The notes beneath the pieces are model-generated. The model ran no database searches. It saw nothing but the letters and a program-made list of their open reading frames with translations, and was not told the DNA's origin. The translations under genes were made by a program, and so were the position numbers. Below are positions 38,058 through 49,696 of a stretch of DNA of 64,000 bases, piece by piece. Origin of the DNA: Oikopleura dioica (taxonomy: Eukaryota > Animalia > Chordata); the NCBI GenBank assembly GCA_907165135.1, contig OU015568.1, positions 10,478,001-10,542,000 of the forward strand, in the 5' to 3' direction. Every line of letters begins with the position of its first letter. Positions within the stretch are counted from its first letter, which is position 1.

Positions 38058-38739
38058 TCAGTTCTCATCTACAAGATTTATGTTCAGTTTGTTCTCATAG
38101 GCTGCTTCCAGCTGGCTGACTTGCTCGGCAGTAACGGAGGTTCCAGTGATAGAAAGGTCAAGCGAAGGCTGCTCGGTTTGCCATTCTTTTATCCTTTCCA
38201 AAGACTAAAGGAATGAATGAATTGTCTTTTGTATCGCACTTACAGATTGCTTGACTTGAAGTGATTTAATGTGCTCTTTTTTAACCATCACGATTCCAAC
38301 TTTTCGACCTGCATCTTCCTTTTTCAGTTCTTCTTCTGTGAGGTACTCTGTTGTGTGCTGTAGAATTATGTTCAAGTCTTTGTCGGTACATGCAAATTGT
38401 CTTTTTACGGGTCAAAATCTTTTGTCTATTTGAATCGGTAAAGGATTAGGAAAATTAATTGCAAAGAATAGTGTATTTTGGTCCGTTCCCGAGAAGAACA
38501 CGATTATCAGAAATAAGAATTTTCATTTCTTGTCCAAGAAGAGCATAAAGCTTTCGTTCTGAAGGATTTCCGCCACCATTTAATGCCGCTGCTTCTTGCT
38601 GTAGCCTCCTAGCGAAATTGATGATGATGAATGAAGATATTTTGTACCTTATAGCTGCTGGGTTTTGCTCAGTTTCTTCATCATTCGATTCAGAGCTATT
38701 TGTCGGTGTTAATTCAGGCAACTGCGCTTTATCTGACAT
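38058..38739 (-). CDS. NAA38: NatC auxiliary subunit (LSM-domain)
   Basis: LYALLGQEMKILISDNRVLLG|QFACTDKDLNIILQHTTEY...RKVGIVMVKKEHIKSLQV matches the Sm1/Sm2 pattern of NAA38/LSMD1. Four exons, one joined across a GA-AG intron. Confidence 0.82.
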
Positions 38740-38858
38740 ATATTCTCCTTCTAAAATAAACATGATAAAATGACTAGACTGAAACTCATTAAAAAAACTC
38801 GTATATTGCACAATGCTTGAATGAAGAAATGGTGGAGAGAAGAAGCATAAAATCTCAT

Positions 38859-40869
38859 TTATATTTTTGCGAAAACGTCACCCCAAGCTGATAGTTTCAA
38901 ATAGAAGGGAATTTTTTGGCACTTGAATTGACCGTCAGAATCTACATATTTTGATTGGGATCTGTCAGTCATGGAAGAAGTTTTATAGTCTATAAGGTCG
39001 TTGAGGTCGAGGTCGTCTACCCACTGCTCGAGTTCCTCGTCTTCAATACTTTCATGGCAGCATTCGAGAGCGCTTGGATCGATTGGATGAGCTTCCGTGT
39101 TGAAAATCCAAGGAGCTAACAATAATTTTATAACGCTAAACTAAAAACGCTTTTCTTCATTTTAAACAAATGTAAACCTTAAAACACAAAATGCCTATCG
39201 AAACAGCCGTGGCGCTGTTCCAAAGGCAGATAATTTATCTCCCGCTTCTAGTGTAGATTGCACTTACATTTATGAAACAGGCAAATGCCCTTGCCATCAA
39301 CTCTCAGTTTTTCAGCAAAATGCTCGTTTCGATGAAGCCAGTGTTCTTCATCGAATAATAAATACAAATATTTCAGCGTCTCAGCAATAAAAAATGACTC
39401 CATCCTAAAAGTAAATCAAAGCGGGACGAGCTACTGCGACTTACCTGTCTGCTCTAGCACCAGTCAGCACATTATCAACAGTGGCAAATCCACATACAGT
39501 TCTAGCAGTATTGTTGATAGCGTGAAGAAACTCTTCACCAATCTCTAGGAGGATTGGATCTTTTGTTGCACGATAGAGATACAATGTTGATTCAATAAAC
39601 TCAGGCCGAAGAGGAAAACCTTCAATCAAAATAACCTGGGATTTTCAAAAGATCGATTCTATACCTTCTCTGCCCTGGATTGGAAGCTTCTTATCGACAT
39701 GATAAAACTCGGGCCAACCACCGAACCGCTTCCACACATTATAATAATTCAAATGTATTTTCATCGCGTGCTCAACCTCGCCAAGAAGAGTCTTCATGCC
39801 GGGAAAAAATCCATCTCTAAGGAAGTCAGAAATTGAAATCAACGAAGACTCACCTAAACTTTGAGCGACTTTTTGCGTTGTTGCACCAGAATTCATATTT
39901 GCCCAGATGTAGAAGTCGTCGCCGTTGTTCAGATACGTTTCGATTGGTGTTTCGAGGAGTCGCCATTTCTCCAGCAAAGAAGGATCATTGAACAGAATCG
40001 AGCCTTTCACGAGATATTCGAAAATCGAATCCACGCCTTTTCGTTTTAAAATTCTCTTTCTGCTAATATCAGTTACCTGCTCCAATGCCAGCATCAGTAG
40101 CAGTCCATACACCGGTTTGCGTGTCAATATGATTTCCAAGAAGTCCGATGGCTGATCTTGAGTTGACGAGGCTTTCTAAAGCTCTCCTCGCCGTCTGTTC
40201 GTACTTTGGGTCTCCAGATAAGCGAGACAGAGTGCCGAATTCTACGATATATGTTCCTACAGCAGCTGTACAAGTTATTGGCGTCTCGTCTGCTGCAACT
40301 CCATGTCTCAAGTTCAAAGAACCAAATGGCATCCCAGTTGTTGTGTTGAATGCTAAACCATTTGTTTAAAAGATGGCGAACTAAAATCTCAGTTAACCTG
40401 GTAAAAGCCGATCCGCAACATCTAGCGCTAGATCTAATAGCGGTCCTTTACAAGGCCAGCCATTTGGCAATGGCATCTTCGCCTTCTTATACAGAAGATG
40501 TGCTGAAATAAGTCCGCCAACGATGCGAATATTTGTTTCAAAAACAGACACATTCTTGTCGATATTGAAATTCATTCTCTTCACGATTTCTTCTACTTTG
40601 CGAAAGCCACGTAAATCACCAGTGAGAAGCAGCGTGTCCAGACTGTCGATAAGAGTAAGCCGAAAATTTCCCCATGTGTTCTTGCCCTTGCATGTCATTG
40701 GCATGAGTTCGTCCTTTGGATACGCATATTCCATGTAGCCGTTGAACGCGTGATTGAGCATTTCGCGAGTGGCTTCGCGCAGTGATATTCGGTCATCTTT
40801 TGATAAAGGGCGCTTACAATCAATCGAAGAAACGAGCGTCGAAATCCAAAGAAAGAACGAACATTGCAT
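38859..40869 (-). CDS. EDEM2: ER degradation-enhancing alpha-mannosidase-like 2 (GH47)
   Basis: [90 protein letters not shown] and [10 protein letters not shown]. Confidence 0.92.
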
Positions 40870-40968
40870 TTTACCGATACATCGATTTCGGGTAGTCTTT
40901 TAGTAAATATGATGAACGCGAGTACTAAGAAAGTAGATTTTATTTTACAAAAATAGAAAAGGAAAGAT

Positions 40969-41411
40969 TCAAGAATCGTCAGGGCGCAATGTTTTGACAA
41001 GTTCTGACATGATTAAAGACTCCGGATCAGGTCTTGTAAGCAGTTCTAGAGCAACGGCTCCACGTTCTTCTTGCTTCGACGACATCTTATTTTTTCATGT
41101 TAGTTCTGATTAAGTTAAGAAATACATACCAGTCGATCGTAAGTATCTGTCGTTATATGCATGCTCTCGATGATATTTTTGAGATCTTCAACTGTCTTTC
41201 CCTCGTAATTTGGAATCTTGACGACCTTCGTCTTCTTGGATATCCTCGATGGAACAGCTGGCTGATTTCTCGACAAAAAATATTCTCCCAAAAACGCCAT
41301 CGCATCTTTAGGCTTCTCAGCCAACAGAGCATTCAGTCCTTCCAGTATCAATGGAAGTGCCTCTGTATAAATTTCTTTTTCCAAGTCTTCCACTGATTTT
41401 AATCGAGACAT
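40969..41411 (-). CDS. Small protein with a Dpy-30/RIIa-like dimerisation motif
   Basis: YTEALPLILEGLNALLAEKPKDAMAFLGEYFLS. Two exons joined by GT-AG. The C-terminal extension is unlike canonical DPY30. Confidence 0.65.
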
Positions 41412-41471
41412 GATCTAAATAAAAGAAGTCACGGAATTAATTCATTGCTTGAATGGTTGAAGAAACGTGTA

Positions 41472-42094
41472 TTAGAGATTTAGAGATGCTTTGACAGAAC
41501 ATTTGGCGCGGAGAAGAAATTGCTCGCGATTATCTCGCCACAGTTTGGCGGCGTCAACATTGGCTATAAATATATTTGAGATACGAAGGTATTCTTTTGT
41601 GCTACCAGCTGATTCGCAGTTAGGCTCGGCTAGCATTGACATGACAGAAATCAAGATCTTTTCGACATTCTGCACTGGGCTCCACCGCTCTATTGCTGAT
41701 TCGTAACCCATTGGATCATCTCCGGGAGGATGGAGAATTGAAATACAAACACGGCTATAATTTCCGGCTTTTATTTTTGTGAGAAGTGATTGTCTTTTAC
41801 CCATCTGCGTAAATATTCGGGTGAAATATATCGGACAAGAATCGCATTTTAGGCGGAGACATTGGATAGTCCTTTGGGAATGTAAGGCTGCACTTAAAAA
41901 CGCTAAAAAATAAAGCTAAAGAAGTTTATTTAAAATAATCTTCACCCAAATTCAAAAGGGGTTGCTTCTGGTCCCATAATCAAGGCATCCCACTCGAAGT
42001 AGTTGTCATCTGTCTTTGGACCCGCCACAAGAGCTTCAGGAGGATTGCGCATAAGCTGCCGATGCTCTGCCATCAGTCTCTTCAACGCTGCCAT
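41472..42094 (-). CDS. UBE2G2: Ubiquitin-conjugating enzyme E2 G2 (Ubc7)
   Basis: [66 protein letters not shown] (Ubc7 acidic loop). Confidence 0.95.
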
Positions 42095-42388
42095 GATCTT
42101 AGATGAAAAATATAAATGCGTTTGTCTAATGCTGTGCTAAATGTTTGCAGTCCTAAAAGTTAAATTTGACAGTAAAATGACAATTTGTAAAAGGAAAAAA
42201 CTGGGGATGTGAAGAGGAGATTTTTTACAAATGAAGAAAAATGTATGGATGAATAGATAGTTGCGAATATTTGGCAATGAACTGATGAAACAAGTCACGA
42301 TTGAATGAAGTAATTCTGCTAAAAGTGACTAGCTATAACAAGTGAACTTCTAAAAACGAGGCCCTATTTACACAAATACGAGGTGACT

Positions 42389-43008
42389 TTACTGAGATCT
42401 TTTCCTGATGGATCTTCGGAAGGATTTTCTCAAGAAATTAGTGAGTTTTCCCTAAACGTATATTTAAAAGAAAAAACATTTAAATTTACCTGAGAATCAT
42501 CATTAGAGTTTTTTTGAAGATTTCTGATAGATACTTCTCGATCTTCCAGAAGGCTTTCGAGTGAATCACATTTTTGAGTAAGTTCATTATTTTCTTCAAT
42601 AAGCGCGAGGTTTTCCTTCCTGAGTTCCACTGTTTTTTCGTCCGCCCATTTCGCAAACTCTAAATTTGCTTGTTCCAGCCTTTCGTAAGACTTTCGCATC
42701 TTCTTGATCTTCTCTTTTTGCCGCGAAAGAGCCATTTTCATTTCAGCGTTGGCTTCCTGCAGTTTTCTGGTTAAATCTGCTGCGTCCGGGATTCCTTCTT
42801 CATGTTCTTGAACTTCATTCTTTGGTAAAAGCTGGTCTCTCTTTTCTTGATGAACGACTACTGCCTTGATAATAGTCAATCCACTTCGTGAAATTTGCCT
42901 TTCTTGACGCCTGATCTTCTTCATAGCGAGCGACATTTTTTCAAAGAGAGAAATGTAGTCGCTTACTTTGCTTCGACTGGCTTTAACAACCTCTGCTTGA
43001 ACTCCCAT
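42389..43008 (-). CDS. Hypothetical coiled-coil protein
   Basis: 192-aa ORF rich in heptads; a GT-AG intron leads to a last exon GKLTNFLRKSFRRSIRKRSQ*. Confidence 0.6.
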
Positions 43009-43082
43009 TTCGAATATTCTCTAGGCAGAAAAGCATTATATACTTTTTACTTATTAAGAATAAATTATTATTCATTTGAGAA

Positions 43083-44513
43083 TCAGTGACAGAGAGATAG
43101 AGCGGTCAGAAAATGAGGTTGCATTTTGTTATTTACATTTTTTGAAGATTGAAGACATAAAACCCTTAATCAATGTTATTCATTGAATTCCTATTTGTAA
43201 ATAACCTTCTTTGGAGTTTGAGCAGAGAGTTTTGAATTTTCGTCTTTGAGAAGAACATTTTCTTCTTTGAGTTTGCGCATCTGTTCTTGTCCAACTTTCT
43301 CGGCATGTTCCAAAGCGATAATACGGCGTTTTTGGTCTTCAAATTCCGATTCCAAATATACTGAATTCAACCTTGCATATCTGGCATTGTTCAAAAGTGA
43401 GTTCTTTTCATAGGTCATCTTTTTAAGCTCATCTTGAAGATCTGCGTTTATTTGACTTTGCTGTGTAAGCTTTTCTTGCACCCTTTCTGTAGCAAGTTGG
43501 TCAGCGGCTAACAGTCGGCTTCTTCCACTGGTCATTATTTTAAGCTTATTTTCGTGATCTTCATTTATTTGCAATTGTTTCTGCAGTTTTTTTTGTTCTT
43601 CGCCCAGAAGAGCTTTCGATTTTAAAAGGTCTGATTCTAAATTTCGTGTCGCAAGTTTATGTTGAAGCAATGTTTTCTGATGAGAATCCTTCAGTCTATT
43701 CACGCACTGATGAAGTCCTGTAATCGCAACTCGCTGTCGCTCAATTTTCGTTCGCAAAGAATCCAAAGTGTCCTGTTGAGCTGTTTTCGCATGAAACTGA
43801 TTTTCTAGGTTGAGGAGTTCCTTCTTGTGTTCATTTCGTATTTCTAGAATAACTCGATCTTTTCGGGCAAGCTCCTTCATAAGTGTCGCGACTTTTGTCA
43901 CTTGAGCACTCATGAGCCCATCCATTTTCTTAATTTTTGTAGAGTTGACATTATTTTTCGTTAAAAGAATGTTAATCTCCCTTTTCTGAGCAATTACTTT
44001 TCTTTCTAGCTCAGTTGAATCCTTCAATTTCATTCGCTTTTCGAAACAGACGAAATGCTCATGGAACTTGTTCATCGACATGACTTTCTTGCATTCAGGG
44101 CATGTTTTCTTATTCCAAGCTAGACAACTCCGTTTGTGCTCTTCGAATTTTTCAAAGGGAACGGACATGCGGCACTCATCAGCGGGACATAAGAGCTTCA
44201 CTTTGCTCAAAACAGTAGCCATCAATCGTGACTGTTTAGCAGTGAATTTAGCTTTTCGGCAGAGTGGGCAGTTGGAAAAACGGCTTCGAACATCTTGAAA
44301 GCATTTCGAACAGAGGTGCCCACCACAGCAATCGAGAATAACTGGGTCCTTAACTATCCTAGAGAATCCGACGATGGTTTTTTGCCGTACCTCGAAAATA
44401 TAGCAACAAATGGAACAGATAATGTCATCCTTAAAATTTTCGGCAATCTCGCTTCTCGAGTTATCGATTTCAGCTTCGATTCCCATTACGACTGCTCTCT
44501 GGGCGTTACTCAA
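43083..44513 (-). CDS. RING finger + TRAF-type zinc finger + long coiled-coil protein
   Basis: CSIC...DPVILDCCGGHLCSKC...CPLC, then CPADEC...HKRSC and CPEC...HFVC. A 42-nt in-frame GT-AG intron lies inside the ORF. First ATG at 44486. Last exon tentative. Confidence 0.75.
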
Positions 44514-44675
44514 ATAGACTATTTGAAATAGTTATTGGCGAACCGGTGGAAAGAAATAAAGCTGTTATATTTTATCTTGCAATTCAGGAGAAACAAATAT
44601 TTTAAATATATTTTATTGTCCGAAACGGAATGGAGTAAGTGAGTGAGTGTAAAGGCAGTGTGTCATAAAACAAGA

Positions 44676-45324
44676 TTAGTTCTTCAAGCTCATGGTGCTA
44701 GTAGCATTTGCCAGTACTCGATCTACGTCAGCAATGGCTTCGTCAAAGGCCACGTCGAAACCCTTAACTATTTTTCGGTTAGTTTCAGCCAAATGGACGC
44801 CAACTTACGTCGTGCTGCTTTCGACTTCTCAGCAAGGAGCTTTTTGAGCATCTCTTTTATTTCTTCGTCGAGTTCTTCTCCTGCTTCGATAGCTTTTTGG
44901 TAAGAAAATTCCGCATGACACCTGAAACTCCAATCAGAACACTTCATAATGGTTTGCTAACATACTGATCATCTGGAAGCAATGCGCCGCCAAGGGATAA
45001 GCATTCCGATATTTTTCGCTGTTGGGACTTGTTGACAATATCTACTGAGTCGTAACTCTCTTCGACTGTTCGATTTTGCAGCTATAATTTATTTTAGTAA
45101 AGCTCACACAAAAAGAAAAACGCAACCTTCGCTAAAAAAGCCAAGTTCTTGGGAGTGTCGAGTCCTTTTTCCTTCAACCACTGTTCAAACTTTGATAGTT
45201 CTTCTAGCGCATAAGTCAGCCAGATTGTTATGTCTGAGTTGAAAAGATCGTTTGCAAGGTCAGTTGTGTTTATATCAAGGACAGCAGATTCATATGGTAC
45301 GCTGGTCTCATCATTCGACGACAT
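44676..45324 (-). CDS. Hypothetical multi-exon protein
   Basis: ATG after TTTCAG, open exons separated by short AT-rich introns, ending ATSTMSLKN*. No family recognised. Confidence 0.5.
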
Positions 45325-45374
45325 TTTTCTCTGAAATAAATGAAGAAAGAGTCGGTATTTTACGCATCAGCTTT

Positions 45375-45769
45375 TCAGTTAAGAAAAGATTTCAGTGCAG
45401 TCGACAGATCTCCTTGGGCAGCGACAAGAGCTTTGTAGGCATCATTCTTTTTACACTAAAACATCAGTGAGATCGCCTTTAGAAAAAGATAGCCAACCTC
45501 AACAGCCTTCATAATTACATCAATATCCTTCGCCGTGATTTTAATTGCTGGACCATTATCGCTTGCTGTCGTCGATTTTTTCAAGATACTCTCCAAACCT
45601 GAATACCCTTGTCAAAGATCCGTCATTTATAAAAATCAATACTTGCTCCGCCGGAGAATTCTTTCTCCTCGTGGTGGTCAGTCACGCTATCAAGAGCTGC
45701 TGCAGCCTTCTTTCCCTCACGGGAGTTGTCGGTTGGCTGCTCGGCTTCGATTTCCTCGTTCTCAGTCAT
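45375..45769 (-). CDS. HYPK: Huntingtin-interacting protein K (NatA regulator)
   Basis: Not in the ORF track. Three spliced exons give AAAALDSVTDHHEEKEF...SLESIL...IKITAKDIDVIMKAVE|CKKNDAYKALVAAQGDLSTALKSFLN*, matching HYPK including its UBA-like C-terminus. Confidence 0.8.
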
Positions 45770-45978
45770 TTTTACAATCTTATATTTGCTTGCCAATTTA
45801 AATTTAATAATGTCTTCCTTGATTTCACTTTTGCAAAAGAAACGAGATTAACTTTAGGTTATTTGTGCATTTATTAACCAGTGAGGGAATGGGTTGAGCA
45901 TTATGTCGGGAATGGTGGAAGTGAATGAGTGGAATGGTAGAAGTACCGTGAATAAATGACATAGCTCAAGAATGATTT

Positions 45979-48900
45979 TTATATACAAGATGATAAGAAA
46001 AGTTTATAGCAAGCTACTAAACTTTTTAGTGAATACTGTGAGAAATTCCTCTGAACTGTGAGGGAGTGAACTGCTGGATGCAAATCGAGTGAGACGTTGA
46101 GCAGTTTTGCATGGCTTGATGTTTCGACCAAGCCAGCCAGCGAGGAACTTGAGCCAGAGGACATTCGTGGTAGGGCAGAATTTCGACCAGTCCTTCTGCG
46201 ATTCGACCTGCATGTCTCGGTACACGTCGAATTGCGGATCGCCAGAGCCTTCAAAAATCTCGTGATCGAGTTCAAGGTCGGCTAAAATGCGAAATTAAAT
46301 ACTGAACGTAAATTAAAAACATACCGAATACAGGACCATGCTCAGGATGCTTCGCCCGTGATAGAGTGAAATCTATCACAGTTGGGACAATCTTGCCGTC
46401 GATTTCTTTCACCAGAATATTGCCAGTGTGCAAGTCTCTGTGTTCAAACTCAATTGCAGCTTCTGCCTTTGAGATTGAAACAGATATATCTTAAAAGAAA
46501 CTATTAAAAAATTTAAAAATATATAAATCTTACCTCTGAGAATACTGACGGCATCCTTCGCGCTCAATTTAGCTGAATCCAAGTCAGTTCCACAATTATC
46601 CATCGCCAGGATCATGTAGAGCTGAGATTTTTCCTTCAGGACTTCCCAGGGGCGATCATTTTCCGACTCTAAGATTATATTAAAAAAATTTTCATGGTTA
46701 GCTTTTTCGTACCTTTTTCCTCGTGGTATTTATCCCACGCTGTTCTCAAGCCCTTGGCGTAAATGCCCTTGCAGACGGTCGCATTTTGGACTCGACAAAA
46801 TCCAGGCATATTTGCCGTCTCCAGTGCAGAAGCAATTAGATATTCTCCAAGTACTTCTCTAATGGGCTTTTGGGGCGAGGAATTGATATGGGTCGTGCCA
46901 TCAACAGGAATGACCTTGAGGATCATCTTTTTTTTACTGACATCTCCCATATAAACTTCACCGAATACGCCTTCACCAATTTTAACAATGTTCTTGATAT
47001 TAAGACTAAAATACCAATTAAAGTCAAATCGGTTCATCAACGAACTAACCTTGTCAAGTGGCTACTAATTGTCAGAGGGCTATCCTGTTTGAGAACACCA
47101 AGAGCGCGTTTGACCTCTTCAGTCGGCTCATATTTATCATCATCTTCGAAGATTCTCTTGCTCATTGTCTTGGTAAGCATCGATGTCGACAGATGGTTTC
47201 TGCTGAAGGCACCGGTGACATCGAAGATGCTGCGATTATCCAGTCCCATTGTTTTACCCAGTCTCCCAGGAGCAACAACAGGTTTCGGCGCATTTGGAAT
47301 CTGAAAATCATCTCCGATCCCGATCATATCCAAGCCAGAGTCGAAGTGCTTACTGCGTGGCTTCTTGCTCTCCTTTTGTTTCTTTTTCGGAACTTTGAAC
47401 ATTGTAGGAAGAGCAGGAACCTCTATCGCGCGTTCTATCTTTTTACTTGAATTCGGCTGGGATTCGAGCTCTCGCCTCCGAATGGGCACAATCGGCTTAC
47501 TGGAATCTTGAGCCATACTGAGGCGAGTTCTTCGTCTAGCACTGACTTCTGGTACTTTCGCAGATGTTTTTCGTTTAGCCGTTTTAGTAACTGAACTCGA
47601 TGATGATTCTTTTTCCGATGATATTTGCTTTGAACGAGGTCTTGTCGATTTTCTCCGCGCAGCGTTTGCTGTTGGCTCTGTTCTCTCTTTGCTCTCTGGT
47701 GAGGGCACTTTCGTTCGAACTCGAGGTCTTATCTGCACTGGTCTTGCTTCAACTTCAACAGGCTCTTTTTCTGGCGAAGATTGAATTTTCGAACGTGGAC
47801 GAATAGACTTTCGTTGAGGTGCTTTTGCCACAACCTCGGTTGGAGCATCTTTTGATCGCGACCTGACAGCAAGCGGTTTTCGAGTTTTTTCTCCTTCTTG
47901 AAGTCGAACAGATTGACGAGTTTGTCGCCGAATAGGATTCTGCACAAATGAATCAGCTGGATCAGGAACATCTCGAGAAAAACGACGACCTCTTGGAACT
48001 AAGGGGAGGTTTTTTCGTAAATCTAAAGAAAAGATTTAAACTTCATTTTGACAAAAGAAAGTTACCTGGAGTTTCACCAATCGATGTTTTTCGCCGTCGT
48101 CGCATTTTGGTCCCTGTCGGTTTCGCTTTTACCTCTTTTGGCTTGTCCGGTGACTGTGAAAGCCGAATCGTCGGTGGATCATCAATCATTCTGCGGACTG
48201 CCCTCAATGGTCTGTTCGAGACCCGTTTGTTCATCGTCAGTCGACTTTTGTCTAACTTCTGCAGCTTCGGAACAACTGACGGTGATTCTTCGGATTTCCG
48301 TTTAGTCGAGCTTCTCACTGATGTTTCATTATCTTGAAGCTCTATGACCATCGGCTCTTCCTGACTCACAACTGGCAACGCCAACTTTTTAGCTGCGACA
48401 GGTCTAATTTCCTCAGATTTTGTCAAAGCGCAAGAAGTAAGAGCAATTTCTTGTTCAGCGTCCTCAACACTCGGAATCGTCTCGTAAACAGGTGGTTCAA
48501 CGGGAGCTTTCTCATTTGTTGCCGATTTCAGAGGAGTATTCTGGATGTGGAAATAGAAACTGCTCTCATCAAGCGACTTGAAGAGATCCTTATTCTTTGA
48601 TGACGTAGGCGGAAGATCATTAGAAGGAGATGCTTCTTTTGTTGGAGACGCATATGCTCGTATCGGTATCGGGCCAAGAGAATTCGAACGAGCAGGCTCT
48701 ACTGGAGCAAAAGTTTTGGGGCTCGATACCTTGTTGACGGAAATATTTTGTTGAATTTCCTTCAATGGGGATGAGTTGCTATCCTTCAACTTTTTCTCAG
48801 CATCTTTCGCTTTATAAGGCGTTTCTGGAACCAGATCTTCAGCACTTTGTTCACTAGGTGTAGATTGATCCGATGCCCCGAATAATGCAAAAGACTCGTT

Positions 48901-49546
48901 CTCAACTGCTTCGCCAAACGAAAGCGGCACAGGCTCCGTAACGCGCGAGATTTTATCAGCTTCGAAGCTGTTGTCCTTCGGCGTCTCCATATGACCCCCG
49001 AGCATGGTCGTTTTTTCGATCGCGGCATCGTCCAACAGACCGCCAAAAACCGTTCGCTGGCGCGATGAAGCGGGCGTCGATTCCAATTTCGATCGCGTCA
49101 GAACGCTTTTCGCGAGAACGCTCTTCGACTTGCTCATGTCGACTTTCCGCCGCCGCGGAACCGGAATATGAATCGACTCGTCTTCCTCTGGATCTTCATT
49201 CTCGACCTCATTATGTGGTTGAGGAATGACCGCTGGAGGATTCTATGAGGAAATAGTTTAATTGAATCTTTGTTAAATCCTACCTCAGGTTTTTCAGGAG
49301 AAGCGCCAACATCCTCAAATCTGCGACGAATACGAGCAGGGGCTCTTCTCCCTAAAGCTTTTAGTGATGCACTGAGTTTTTAACGACGAATTTACCTTCT
49401 TTTTTAACATTTCTAATTCGCATCGTGCTACCGTTCATGCTGTTCCCGAGTAACGAACCATTGCCAGACAAGTACCTGGTTTTTGACCTGGCTTTGAAAC
49501 CCTTCTCTTTTTTAGAATCGGACCCGAAAATGTCGTTTGCGTCCAT
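45979..49546 (-). CDS. HASPIN: Haspin histone H3-Thr3 kinase
   Basis: KIGEGVFGEVY, LKVIPVDG, FEHRDLHTGNIL, IDFTLSR, FEGSGDPQFDVYRDM and TNVLWL, preceded by a long basic disordered N-terminus. ATG 49546 follows TTCAG. Apparent extra base at T5 49377-49381. Confidence 0.9.
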
Positions 49547-49696
49547 TCTGAAGTCTCTATCTCGCGTTATGATTCCGTTTTTTCGATTTGGACGTGGCGC
49601 AAAATTGAAATGATTTTTATCAGAGGGCGCCAAGTACGGTTTTTGAAGAAAAAAAAATGTCAGTTAGAAGAAGATATAAGTTTATTAATATGTTTC

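Noticed and set aside
45535-45877. Plus-strand hydrophobic ORFs (DAD1-like at first glance)
   Set aside because: They are the antisense shadow of the spliced HYPK gene on the minus strand.
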